From assembly GCA_036337945.1 (NCBI GenBank), contig JAYZDF010000004.1, forward strand, positions 1-64,000: 64,000 nt of DNA, read 5' to 3'. Of the stretch, positions 18,831 through 28,943 are shown piece by piece. A model generated the notes under the pieces. It ran no database searches, was not told the DNA's origin, and saw nothing but the letters and a program-made list of their open reading frames with translations. The DNA comes from Myxococcota bacterium. Its GTDB lineage: Bacteria; Myxococcota; Kuafuiibacteriia; Kuafuiibacteriales; Kuafuiibacteriaceae. Position 1 is the first letter of the stretch. Each line of letters opens with the position of its first letter. Position numbers and translations under genes: made by a program.

Positions 18831-20428
18831 TTAGATCTACGACTAATGATGATTACGATTATATTATCGTCGGTTCTGGCTTCGGCGGTGCAGTGTCGGC
18901 CTTACGATTGTCTGAAAAAGGCTACAAGGTACTCGTTGTAGAAGCGGGACGTAGATGGAACGAAGAGCAGTTTCCTAAGAGTAACTGGTCAATCCGGAAA
19001 TATTTATTTCTTCCGAAATTACTTTGCTACGGAATTCAGCGGATGACTCTCCTGGATGATGTACTTGTACTTAGTGGAGCTGGTGTTGGCGGCGGTAGCC
19101 TTGTTTATGCAAATACTCTTTTGACGCCTAGACCTGAAGTATTTCAGCAGCCTGGTTGGCCGAAATCTAGGGATTGGCGGCAGGAACTTCAACCCCATTA
19201 CGAGACTGCAAAGCGTATGTTGGGGGCTAGTACGGTCCCACAAGTATATCCAGCGGATGAACTCATCAGAAAAGCAGCTGAGGTAGCGGGTTGTGGTGAA
19301 ACCTTTCGAAGACAGACTGTAGGTGTTTTTTTCGGGAAATCAGGCGAAACAGTGAGTGATCCTTATTTCAACGGAGACGGACCAAGCCGCACAGGATGTA
19401 CTCATTGTGGTGGATGCCTAGTCGGCTGCAAAGTTGGCGCCAAAAATACGCTAGATAAAAACTATTTATACTTAGCCGAAAAGAACGGCGTACGAATTCT
19501 GCCGGAGACCCAAGTCGAACTTATTCACAGTGAGCAGGAAGGCTATGTCATTGAGACAAAAAGCCTCGGCTTTTTCTCGAAAAAGCGTCGAACAAAATAC
19601 CGATGTTCGAAGCTCATCATTTCTGCCGGTGTTTTGGGGTCCTTAAAATTACTCATGAGCTGTCATGAACAGGGAACCCTGCATAAGTTATCTGCTCAAC
19701 TTGGCAATGAGGTGCGAACAAATAGTGAATCGATAATAGCGGTGACGTCTCGAGAGAATGAAACGGATTATTCTTTAGGACCCGCAATCTCTTCAAGTAT
19801 ACACATTGATGCTGATACTCATGTTGAGCCTGTTCGATATCCAAAAGGTTCATCTGCGATGTCTCTTTTAGGTACACTCATGGTTGATGGGGGACCTGGA
19901 CTGCCCCGTGCCTTACGCTGGTGCGGTCGTGTGCTGCGGCAGCCGCTCGATTTCTTACGAAGTCTTAGTCCGAAAGGGTGGGCGCAAAAAACAGTAATTC
20001 TTTTGGTAATGCAGGCCCTGGACAGTTCTTTATCGATCTCCTTTCGAAGAACTTTGTTATGGCCTTTAGGAAAGCGTCTGGTTTCAAGCACCAGCGATAG
20101 CAAAAAAATCCCAAGCTATATTCCGGCTGCGAATAATTTTGCCCGGCTCGTTGCAAAGCTCCAAAATGGCTTTCCACAAAGTTCGGTTAATGAAGCTTTT
20201 CTAAACATCCCGGTGACCGCTCATATCCTAGGTGGCTGCAAGATGGGGGATTCAGCGGATTCTGGGGTGATCGACGAAAACCATGAAGTCTTTGGATATC
20301 CAGGTATGTATGTGATCGATGGCTCATCTGTACCGTCGAATTTGGGTGTCAACCCTAGTCTTACGATTACGGCAATGGCAGAATATGCCATGAGTCATAT
20401 AGCGCCGAAATCAGAGAGTACAGAATGA
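18827..20428 (+). CDS. GMC-family FAD oxidoreductase (cholesterol-oxidase-like)
   Basis: N-terminal Rossmann DYDYIIVGSGFGGAVSALRLSEKG; CTHCGGCLVGC motif; C-terminal GMC segment HILGGCKMG; 4-nt overlap with flanking genes. Confidence 0.8.
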   Translation: MIRSTTNDDYDYIIVGSGFGGAVSALRLSEKGYKVLVVEAGRRWNEEQFPKSNWSIRKYLFLPKLLCYGIQRMTLLDDVLVLSGAGVGGGSLVYANTLLTPRPEVFQQPGWPKSRDWRQELQPHYETAKRMLGASTVPQVYPADELIRKAAEVAGCGETFRRQTVGVFFGKSGETVSDPYFNGDGPSRTGCTHCGGCLVGCKVGAKNTLDKNYLYLAEKNGVRILPETQVELIHSEQEGYVIETKSLGFFSKKRRTKYRCSKLIISAGVLGSLKLLMSCHEQGTLHKLSAQLGNEVRTNSESIIAVTSRENETDYSLGPAISSSIHIDADTHVEPVRYPKGSSAMSLLGTLMVDGGPGLPRALRWCGRVLRQPLDFLRSLSPKGWAQKTVILLVMQALDSSLSISFRRTLLWPLGKRLVSSTSDSKKIPSYIPAANNFARLVAKLQNGFPQSSVNEAFLNIPVTAHILGGCKMGDSADSGVIDENHEVFGYPGMYVIDGSSVPSNLGVNPSLTITAMAEYAMSHIAPKSESTE

Positions 20429-22716
20429 CATCATCTAAATCACAATCCGAAGATGAAGAGACCAGAGCGGTAAGCTCCGACGAGATTCCTTCATCGCCTC
20501 CTCTGGCTGAGACCATTCGACCTACGATAAGTGCGGTCGCGGATAGAAAGCAGGAAGCCCCGGCAGACCTCGCAGCTGATTCTCCATACACTTCCACCGA
20601 AACTAGCCGTCCGGTGATGCCAGCCAGCGAGGAAGAACGCTCGGAGCTAGGCACTACTCCTGACAGCCATATAGCTCTGGGCGAGACATTACAGCTTGTT
20701 CGCTACGCAAGGCGTGGCGACACACTCGCGATTAATGGAATCACACCTCACGGTCGTAGCCTAACTTTCGAGCAACGAGATGCTCGTCAGGGCTGGTACG
20801 TAATTGCAGCAGGGCGTCGACGTAGACCGACAAAGCGTGAGCTCGGTCTCGTGGTGGCAACGATTACCCAAGAAATGGAAGCTGCGCTTGTACCCGAAAA
20901 GCAGGCCGAGGTTCGCTCCGCTTACCGTTTGGCGGTTGCTGCTGATATACCAGGAATGAAAGTGGCAGGCCTCGGTGCATATCGAGATATGTTACTCGAT
21001 GAGGCTGCAGCTTTCACGGGTGAGCAAACAGAGGGTCTTTCTGTTATTGCTGTTGAATATCAAGCGTTCAAACGATTTGCGATTCGCCACGGACACCGAA
21101 TTGGAGCCGCTTTTGTTCAGGCTCTAGGTGAACGTCTCATTCACCTTTTCGCCGAAGAACGCAAGGTCCACGTTTTTCACAAAACCGGAAAAGCGTTTCG
21201 GCTAATCATCGTCGACCATTCATCGAATGTTGTCCAAGACTTCGTTGATCGCATTGTGAATGCTGAAACAAAAGAATGGTTGGTAGAGCGCGTATGGGGA
21301 GAAAACCGTCGAACTCACCCCGACGAAATTCATTTTCACATCGGGATTGCGAACGCCTTTTCGACGGAGCGTAATCTAAGCTATTTAGATTTAGCGCAAA
21401 GACTTTCTGATGATGCTCATCGTGCTAGTAAAGTTGGTCAATTAATGGGGCACACCTCTTTGGCACTCGCGAAGGCTGATTATCGTACGACAGTCTATCG
21501 CTGGAACATTTCTTCTGAAGATGAATTTACGGAACTTGCGAGTAGTATGGATGACGGCCCGGCCGACGTAATGGCAGAAATGTCTGATTACCTTCACGAA
21601 CTCGTTTCAGTCGATTTGGAAGGTATGGCTGTTGCGGGTGATATAAACGCGTTGGTTTATTGCGCAATCGCTCGAGATGGCTTTTGGCAGGGAACGACGG
21701 CCATGAGGATCGCAGGGAATCGCATCCTTGGTTACTTTCTTTCCGAAGAACCAGCTCCAATGAACGAAATGATGCGAGCAGGCGGGTTTGATCTGGGTGA
21801 TGAATTCTACGGAATCGCCGTCGAAGGTGATAAATTATTCTTCGCCCGTGGTGATATTAATAGCGCGGGGGCTACTCGAGTTAGAGCAGGACTTGAAAAA
21901 TTACATCATGCTGTTGGGTGGCGAAGAGAAGACGGAGGTGGTGTAGTCGGCGAATTTCTCGCCGCTTTGCAGCCAACTGGCGATTCAAATGACCTACCCT
22001 CGCGAATTCGTAACGCTGCTCGTCGAACTTTTGAGGAGAACGCAGAGGATACGGATTTAATGGTGAACGATGCAGTGGACATTGCTGACTATCTCTATGT
22101 TCAACCAGGAATCCAAGCAAAAACTGACGATGTTGTAGACGGAGCGATTCTTCAGCTAGAGTTACCTCTTGCTCAACCCAGAGAGGTGCGAGTGATTTCA
22201 AGGAGGAGTGGTTTTCGCTTGCTGTTGGAAATCGATGGGGTTCAATTGCCAGCATCAATTACTGACGGGAAATCAGGATTGCAGGTGAAGTTGCGTATCA
22301 AAGAGGCTGTAGCGTCTGCATCAATTGCTATTGTCACACTCTCGCATACTGAGCTTATTGATCTTCTCGCAGAAATTCGCGAAGAAAACCAAATTGCTGA
22401 ATCGAAGGCTCTTGATGTCTTAGGCTTTCTCAGGCATATCGCCGATATTCTGTTACAGAATGAGATCAAGATGCCGGGAAAAATTCGACTTGCCCTTGGT
22501 CATACCTATCAGGAATCAGAGTTTGTCGGTTTATTCTCGATAGAGACAATTCGCGAGAATTACCCAGGTTTATTCTATGAAGCGGTTCATCACGACCTGT
22601 TGGAGCAAAATACGATTGGGGTAGACGAACAATTACGTGAATTGATTGGACACACGATGCTTACGTCCTCGAGACCAGAGTTGACATGGAAAAATACATC
22701 TAACTCAGAAAATTGA
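20425..22716 (+). CDS. large hypothetical protein containing a degenerate GGDEF-like domain
   Basis: Segment LSVIAVEYQAFKRFAIRHGHRIGAAFVQALGERL...KTGKAFRLII aligns with GGDEF (DLDHFKxINDTYGHxxGDxVL...RxGGDEFxxLL) but with TGKAF in place of GG(D/E)EF. Confidence 0.5.
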   Translation: MTSSKSQSEDEETRAVSSDEIPSSPPLAETIRPTISAVADRKQEAPADLAADSPYTSTETSRPVMPASEEERSELGTTPDSHIALGETLQLVRYARRGDTLAINGITPHGRSLTFEQRDARQGWYVIAAGRRRRPTKRELGLVVATITQEMEAALVPEKQAEVRSAYRLAVAADIPGMKVAGLGAYRDMLLDEAAAFTGEQTEGLSVIAVEYQAFKRFAIRHGHRIGAAFVQALGERLIHLFAEERKVHVFHKTGKAFRLIIVDHSSNVVQDFVDRIVNAETKEWLVERVWGENRRTHPDEIHFHIGIANAFSTERNLSYLDLAQRLSDDAHRASKVGQLMGHTSLALAKADYRTTVYRWNISSEDEFTELASSMDDGPADVMAEMSDYLHELVSVDLEGMAVAGDINALVYCAIARDGFWQGTTAMRIAGNRILGYFLSEEPAPMNEMMRAGGFDLGDEFYGIAVEGDKLFFARGDINSAGATRVRAGLEKLHHAVGWRREDGGGVVGEFLAALQPTGDSNDLPSRIRNAARRTFEENAEDTDLMVNDAVDIADYLYVQPGIQAKTDDVVDGAILQLELPLAQPREVRVISRRSGFRLLLEIDGVQLPASITDGKSGLQVKLRIKEAVASASIAIVTLSHTELIDLLAEIREENQIAESKALDVLGFLRHIADILLQNEIKMPGKIRLALGHTYQESEFVGLFSIETIRENYPGLFYEAVHHDLLEQNTIGVDEQLRELIGHTMLTSSRPELTWKNTSNSEN

Positions 22717-22756
22717 GGTAGGTATTTTGATTAGTGGGCAGAGGACGGGCGTATAA

Positions 22757-23158
22757 ATGAAACCTAATAAGACGAAGAAAATTGAAGCTCGTCGGTATCG
22801 CCAACAACTTATGCTGCGAGAAATTATCTCTGAGTCTCGTAAAGTTAATCGACCTCAAGTTGAAAGAGCTGCACAAGTCAAGTTGGCTGAAATCTCGAAA
22901 CTTGATTTTTCGAAGAGTTCGAGCGTAGCTCAAAAGCGTCTAGAGGTGCTCTCTCGAAGCATAGAGATTCTTGCGACTCGTTTAGAACTCGATTTCTCTC
23001 ATAAACAAACTTCGCCTCGATGGCTGCGGTTCGCAACTGTAGGAACTCCTATTTTTCTTGGTCTGATTCTAGGATTCTGGGTAATTGAGCGTAGGCGTCG
23101 ATTGAAGGCGTTAACGAAATCTGAAGTCGAGTCTTTTGAGCAAACAGACGATAAATAA
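22757..23158 (+). CDS. small C-terminally membrane-anchored hypothetical protein
   Basis: Basic N-terminus, single C-terminal TM (IFLGLILGFWVI). Confidence 0.35.
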   Translation: MKPNKTKKIEARRYRQQLMLREIISESRKVNRPQVERAAQVKLAEISKLDFSKSSSVAQKRLEVLSRSIEILATRLELDFSHKQTSPRWLRFATVGTPIFLGLILGFWVIERRRRLKALTKSEVESFEQTDDK

Positions 23159-23165
23159 GAAAGTC

Positions 23166-24902
23166 TTAAATCGTATTGTTTAGGTACATTTCTTTTGTTT
23201 TTTGCCTCTGCTTTTTACCGCTGGAGGTTTTGGGAAGCGTCCCAGGCTTTACTAACTTGATGTCGTGAATTTTCAATCCGTATGATTTACTCAGGTCGTG
23301 AGTAATATTTTTCTTCAGTTCGTCGTTATCGATCTGAGGATGCTCAGATATTACGATGAGTTGTTCAGAGTTCTCAGCCGCCACCGAAAAGCAAACCGTC
23401 GCACCCTCCCTGATACCCGAGGTCTTATTTAGCGCTTCTTCAAGGGCTTCTGGATAGTAATTCCTTCCGTTGATGATAATAAGGTCTTTTTTTCTACCGC
23501 ATATAAATAGGCGTCCGTTTACCATGAAACCAATATCCTGGGTAAGGAGCCGGTTTTGGACGAAGACTTGTGCTGTAGATTTGTCATTGTCGAAGTAACC
23601 ATGGGCGATGCTTGGTCCTTCAAAAACGATTTCTCCCACATAGCCGTCTTCCATCGTGCGACCTTTCGCATCTTGTACATAGAGCTTATGGTCTTTGATG
23701 CAGCGACCTGTCGCTACGATTTACTCGGCATTGCTATTTTTCGCGTCGACAAGCTTTATTTGATCTCCTTCACTCAAGCAGTGCCGATCGACGTAGATGC
23801 TGTAGATTTCCTCATCAAGCGGTTCAAACGCGACCGCTAGACATGCTTCAGCCATGCCATAGCTCGGCGTTATGGCTCTGGGGTTTAGACCGGCAGGACG
23901 AAAGGCTGAAATAAAATCACGCATGTTTTGTGCATTAATTGGTTCTGCACCGCAGCCTAGTACGCGTAAATGATCGAGTCTTATTCCTTGGTCGACAACC
24001 CTTTGAGCTCTCTTTCGACTCAAAGAGAACGCGAAATTAGGTCCGAACGTAATGGTGGCCTTATATTTGTCGACCAGTTTCATCCACAGACTTGGTCGGC
24101 GAATAAACGAGAATGTTGGCGCCAGTACAACTGGAATACGTCCAACGACAGGAGCGATGACAAAACCGATCAATCCCATATCGTGGTACAAAGGAAGCCA
24201 GCTGACTCCAAGATCAGTTTCCGGTTTCGCTTTGAGTCCATCCTCTACAATTGCCCTTGTATTCTCGAGGATGTTTTCGTGCGAAATGACGACACCTTTT
24301 GGAGAAGAGGTTGAGCCAGATGTGAACTGTAGGAAACAGGTATCTTCAGGCCGCACGCGAATTCGAGTTACCTTGCTCATTTCAGCTTCTGTAATTGATG
24401 AGAAGGTATGAGTTCGCATTTTAGAATGTTGAAAAACGTCAAGGTGACTCAGACTTTCCCGAGTTTTGGCACTGCAGATGAGGTGATCGACTCGCCCGGT
24501 CAACATAATGCGGCAGGCATTCTCTAGATGTTGAATCTGGTTTCCAATTTTAGGAGGAGGGTAGATTGGAACGGGTATAACACCTTCAATGACTGCGCCG
24601 AGGAATGCCGTGACGAATTCTCGATTATCCTCGAGTATAATCGCCACACGTTCGTTCGGCTTGATACCGCGGTGAAGCATTTGTCGCCCCAGCTGAGAAA
24701 CCTCCTTAGACAAAACTGTAAACGGAACGGTCACCGGTTCATTGCGGCCGTCGTCGAAGACAAAACCGTTTACGTTTGAGGCTGACAGTAAGTCTTCTAA
24801 GATTGTCTGAAGCGTGTGTACCATGATGCTTTGTACAGACGTCGTTATCAAATTGGCGCTTTTGGGTCTACTCAGATATTTGGAATAGTATTTCCTAAGC
24901 AA
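23166..24902 (-). pseudogene. fatty-acyl-AMP ligase (FAAL)/acyl-CoA synthetase family gene interrupted by in-frame TAA at 23721-23723
   Basis: ORFs 23721-24902 and 23166-23654 are in same frame; read-through gives colinear FAAL (AMP-binding TSGSTSSPKG ... GEIVFEGPSIAHGY ... GRKKDLIIINGRNYYP); single TAA separates them. Confidence 0.6.
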
Positions 24903-25021
24903 CTGAAATTACGACAGTTATTCGGGTATGCCGCGAGACATAGACCAAGTGCTCAATCCAAATTACGTGGTTTCGCTTTCGGTTGATTTCTCGTTGGGTA
25001 ACGAGGTAGATAAGATACGCT

Positions 25022-25381
25022 ATGGCTGTAAACCTCGCGCAAGTGTGTCTATTCAAACAAAACGGTGAAACCGTTCGACAGTTCTGTGATGTCGTGTCTG
25101 GTGACGTAGAAATGGACGATGCCGATGCTGGTGGCCTGCTATCGTATCGGATGGGTAACGCGACCGTCGCTCATCACCCACCGATGGGTGACCTCGCTGA
25201 AAATGATGTCCTTGTAACTCTGCAAGTCGATAACCCTCGAGCCGTAGATAGAATCTTCGCTGGCTTACTTCGGGTAGGTTTACATGTCGACGATGAGCCT
25301 GAGGATACCGAACACGGATGGCGCGTTTTCTACTTTCGAGCCGCACCAAATTTATTGTTTGAGGTCGGTGCGCCGCTGTAG
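25022..25381 (+). CDS. VOC/glyoxalase-family-like small protein
   Basis: Size and pattern compatible with VOC fold; weak. Confidence 0.4.
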   Translation: MAVNLAQVCLFKQNGETVRQFCDVVSGDVEMDDADAGGLLSYRMGNATVAHHPPMGDLAENDVLVTLQVDNPRAVDRIFAGLLRVGLHVDDEPEDTEHGWRVFYFRAAPNLLFEVGAPL

Positions 25382-25386
25382 CGTGG

Positions 25387-26433
25387 GTGACAACTTCGCC
25401 TAAAATTTTGGTCATCGGCCTGGGGGGAATTGGAGGTACTGTTTCTTCCTATCTCCTTCAATCAGGCTATAATGTCACTGGCGTAACCACGAACGCCCAG
25501 GTTTTAGCTGCGCTCAACGATAACGGCTTTCAAATAGAGAGTCACACAGGAAAATCTTGGGGAGTCCGAGGTCCTGTTTTTGAGTCCATTCCGAGCCACG
25601 AGAGGTTCGATTTTATTCTACTTGCAACGCAGCCTACGCAAGCTGAAAAAGCTGCGACCTCAGCTTTTCCTTATTTGTCTGAACATGGGGCATTGGTCTG
25701 CTTTCAAAACGGGCTTCTAGAGGAGAAGCTTGCTTCACAATTTGGAGATCAAAGAGTAGTAGGCGCTGTCGTTGCATGGGGTGCATCAAGTCCTAAACCA
25801 GGGCAGTATCTCCGAACTTCAGCGGGTGGTTTTACGCTCGGTCGATACTCAGGACCGGCAGACGATCAAGTACGCCGCCTGTCGAAAGTTTTAGAAGTCA
25901 TTGGTGAAGTGACAGTGACCGATAATTTGGCAGGAAGCCGATGGAGCAAGCTGGCAATCAATTGCGCCGTATCAAGCTTGGGTGCAATCAGTGGACAACC
26001 TTTAGGAAAACTTCTCAAAAACCGTAAAGCTCGTCGCCTAGCGCTTGAAATTATGACCGAGGTTGTTCTGGTTGCTCGTAATGAACAAGTTCAATTGAAA
26101 AAAATCTCGGGTACAATTGACCTCGAATGGATCGCCTTAGAGAAACGCAGAGAACAATACAATATCCAAGCTTCTATTGTTTTGAAGCATTTGGTGATGC
26201 TCGCGGTCGGCTTTCGATTTCGCAAGCTTCGTTCGTCCATGCTCTACGCACTTGAGAAAGGCCGTAAACCACCAGTCGATTTTCTAAATGGGGAGGTTGT
26301 GTCGCGAGGTAAAGCGGCGGGCGTCAATGTTTCAGTCAATGAAGCAGTGCAATCGTTTGTTCACAGTATCGCAAAGAAAGAAAAATGCTCGAGCATGGCT
26401 ACCCTTTTCGAACTTTTTGCTGCGACAAGATAA
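25387..26433 (+). CDS. 2-dehydropantoate 2-reductase family (ApbA/PanE-like), GTG start
   Basis: N-terminal Rossmann KILVIGLGGIGG; KPR-family central and C-terminal domains. Confidence 0.75.
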   Translation: MTTSPKILVIGLGGIGGTVSSYLLQSGYNVTGVTTNAQVLAALNDNGFQIESHTGKSWGVRGPVFESIPSHERFDFILLATQPTQAEKAATSAFPYLSEHGALVCFQNGLLEEKLASQFGDQRVVGAVVAWGASSPKPGQYLRTSAGGFTLGRYSGPADDQVRRLSKVLEVIGEVTVTDNLAGSRWSKLAINCAVSSLGAISGQPLGKLLKNRKARRLALEIMTEVVLVARNEQVQLKKISGTIDLEWIALEKRREQYNIQASIVLKHLVMLAVGFRFRKLRSSMLYALEKGRKPPVDFLNGEVVSRGKAAGVNVSVNEAVQSFVHSIAKKEKCSSMATLFELFAATR

Positions 26434-26495
26434 ATTTTTTAGCGGCGAAGGTTCGAAACAAAAGACTTTGTTATAATTGTTACGTGCTCCGTGTG

Positions 26496-27413
26496 ATGAC
26501 GTACAACGTGCGCTACTTTGGACAAAGTTTTGCCGGCGCTGGATCTAGTCAGCGCTCTATGCGGCTTATATGCAAAGCCATCGCGGGCTTGCGAGAGTTA
26601 CCGGACATTATTTGTTTCCAAGAAATAGAACAGCGATCTCTACGTTCGCATTTTAGCCATGAATCAAATTTTCCCGGTGAAACGCAGTTCGATGGACTTC
26701 AAAGGACGCTCGAACACGCCCTGGAACAAGAAAATAAGACTATGAAATATCAAGGGCTTTATTTTCCTGCTCATGCTTATCGCATTGGGAAACTTTCTTT
26801 ATTCACGATGGGTTTAGGAATCTTGGTGTCCCCTCATTTTCACATCGAAAGCCATAATTCTGGTGAACCTAAGGATGTAACATTTCGACGCATTCAATCT
26901 CTTGCAAATCTCAAGCAGTCCCGTATTTGTGCACACGTTCGTTTACGTTCTCCAAAGGATCTGACCTTTGATATCTTTAATACGCATTTGAGCCTTCCTG
27001 CATTCGCGACACGCCAATTTTGGCAGCATTATCCTGCGGTTGGTTATGGCCGCAATCAGCAAAAGGAAGTTTCCCATTTGGCTAAGTTCATTCAGGGTAC
27101 GGCGCAAAGCGACCGCTATTTTATTGTCGGTGACTTGAATGCCGCCCCAGGTACGCCTTCTTATAAAAAACTGCTTATGGATACAGGCGCCGAGGATCCG
27201 TTTTGTTCACATTTGAATGTGACGGAGGCTGAACTCATGAAAGGCTGGCCGACCGCGGGTTTCTTGAACCTGAAAATGAGGCTAGACCACATTTTGGTCG
27301 GGCCCGGTATCACGTGTCATGACCTCGAAGATTGCCATCCATTTACTGAACTAGGTCGTTGGTCCGGACTTTCTGACCACGTACCGCTCTTAGGACGGTT
27401 TATAGCGAAGTGA
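26496..27413 (+). CDS. endonuclease/exonuclease/phosphatase (EEP) family protein
   Basis: MTYNVRYF N-terminus, GDLNA, C-terminal SDHVPL motif. Confidence 0.7.
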   Translation: MTYNVRYFGQSFAGAGSSQRSMRLICKAIAGLRELPDIICFQEIEQRSLRSHFSHESNFPGETQFDGLQRTLEHALEQENKTMKYQGLYFPAHAYRIGKLSLFTMGLGILVSPHFHIESHNSGEPKDVTFRRIQSLANLKQSRICAHVRLRSPKDLTFDIFNTHLSLPAFATRQFWQHYPAVGYGRNQQKEVSHLAKFIQGTAQSDRYFIVGDLNAAPGTPSYKKLLMDTGAEDPFCSHLNVTEAELMKGWPTAGFLNLKMRLDHILVGPGITCHDLEDCHPFTELGRWSGLSDHVPLLGRFIAK

Positions 27414-27459
27414 ATCCGGTCTTTTCGGTCATCTGGCGGTGGTATTGCATGTCTAAGCT

Positions 27460-28938
27460 GTGCATACTCCCGGCGTGACAAAAATTGGATACGCAAAAAA
27501 CTTGAATCAATTACTCAAAGGCGCCGGAACACTCGCCGTCATTGGGTCAGACACAGCCTGGAAAGCAAAGAGCCTTGTGCCTAAGGGTTTCCCGCGAGCG
27601 GTCAAGAATGCCTTGGTTGCCGCGGCCGCGGAGATAAAGGCTGGTGAGAACGGAGCCAGCGTTTCGACGCTGCACAAGGACCCGAAGAAACTGGTTGCTA
27701 TAAAAATACCCGACTCAGGTTCTCGCTATTTGGGAGCTGGTCGACCTGACGCTGTGCAAAAACAGGTTGCCAGTGCGGGGCTCGCGAGTTCGAAGAAAAA
27801 AGTCGCCATCATGGTTCTTATTGAAGACGAAGCGCGACTCCTTCCAACATTGAATGCCATTGGTCGTGCGCTACCACTCTTCACTCGTAAAACAGCAAAA
27901 TCAAAAACGAGTCGCGCAACAATTCTTGCGGTCAATAGTAGCGGCGAAATAATCAACATTCCTTCCTCTGTGACACAAACGGTAGACGCCAGTCGCGAGG
28001 CTGCTCGTTTGGTTGATACGCCACCAACCGAAATGAACCCTGAAGCGATGGCTGAGGAACTTCAAGGCTGGTATGCGGATATGCCGAATGTTGAACTCGA
28101 GGTTTTCACCGGGCAACAGTTGGTTGATGAAGGTTTGATGGGCATTCATAGCGTAGGTCGATGTGCCATCAACGAGCCACGAATGCTTGTTGCAAAATAT
28201 CGCCCCGAAAACCCCCAAGGCAAACATCTTGCCCTGGTAGGTAAAGGTGTAACCTTTGATACAGGCGGTCTTAATCTCAAGATTTCTGGCTTCATGTCTA
28301 ATATGAAATGCGACATGGGTGGCGCGGCAGCGGTGAGCGGAGCATTTCGCGTGCTCGCAGCAAGCGGAACGCAGCGTCCTATCAGCCTAATTGTATGCCT
28401 GGCAGAGAACGCCATCGGCCCTAACTCTTTCAAGCCGGACGATATCTTGACGATGCATTCTGGAAAGACAGTCGAAATCAACAATACTGATGCCGAGGGC
28501 CGTCTGCTTTTGGGCGATGGTGTTAGTTATGCTGCAAGAGTTCTAAAAGCAGATGTCGTCGTTGATGCTGCGACCTTGACAGGCGCCCAGATGATAGCCA
28601 CGGGCGTTCATTTGGCTGCCGTTATGAGTAACGACGACGATATTGAAAAGAGCCTAGTCGCCGCTGGTCGTGCGACCGGCGATCTCGCTCACGCTATGCC
28701 GTTTTCTCCTGAATTGTTCAAGTCTGAGTTTTCTAGCTTGGTTGCTGATATGAAGAACTCTGTGAAGAATCGAGCAAACGCTCAGTCCAGCTGTGCAGCA
28801 CAATTCGTTTACAATCATTTAGCAGGAACCAAAGTGCGATGGGGGCATGTCGACCTCGCGGGACCTGCATTTCGAGGTGACCGCGGTACTGGGTTTGGCG
28901 TCGCTCTTTTGAGCACTTTTGCTAATAACCTAGACTAG
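27460..28938 (+). CDS. pepA: leucyl aminopeptidase (M17)
   Basis: M17 signature NTDAEGRL, GKGVTFDTGG metal-binding segment. Confidence 0.85.
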   Translation: MHTPGVTKIGYAKNLNQLLKGAGTLAVIGSDTAWKAKSLVPKGFPRAVKNALVAAAAEIKAGENGASVSTLHKDPKKLVAIKIPDSGSRYLGAGRPDAVQKQVASAGLASSKKKVAIMVLIEDEARLLPTLNAIGRALPLFTRKTAKSKTSRATILAVNSSGEIINIPSSVTQTVDASREAARLVDTPPTEMNPEAMAEELQGWYADMPNVELEVFTGQQLVDEGLMGIHSVGRCAINEPRMLVAKYRPENPQGKHLALVGKGVTFDTGGLNLKISGFMSNMKCDMGGAAAVSGAFRVLAASGTQRPISLIVCLAENAIGPNSFKPDDILTMHSGKTVEINNTDAEGRLLLGDGVSYAARVLKADVVVDAATLTGAQMIATGVHLAAVMSNDDDIEKSLVAAGRATGDLAHAMPFSPELFKSEFSSLVADMKNSVKNRANAQSSCAAQFVYNHLAGTKVRWGHVDLAGPAFRGDRGTGFGVALLSTFANNLD

Positions 28939-28943
28939 CTTAT

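Noticed and set aside
25053-25415. His/Arg-rich 120-aa minus-strand ORF
   Set aside because: Antisense to the plus-strand VOC-like ORF and overlaps the panE-like start; composition looks like a reverse-frame artefact
26385-26495. N-terminal 37 codons of ORF 26385-27413
   Set aside because: Overlaps the end of the panE-like gene; EEP-family homology begins at MTYNVRYF (ATG 26496), so the longer start is unlikely
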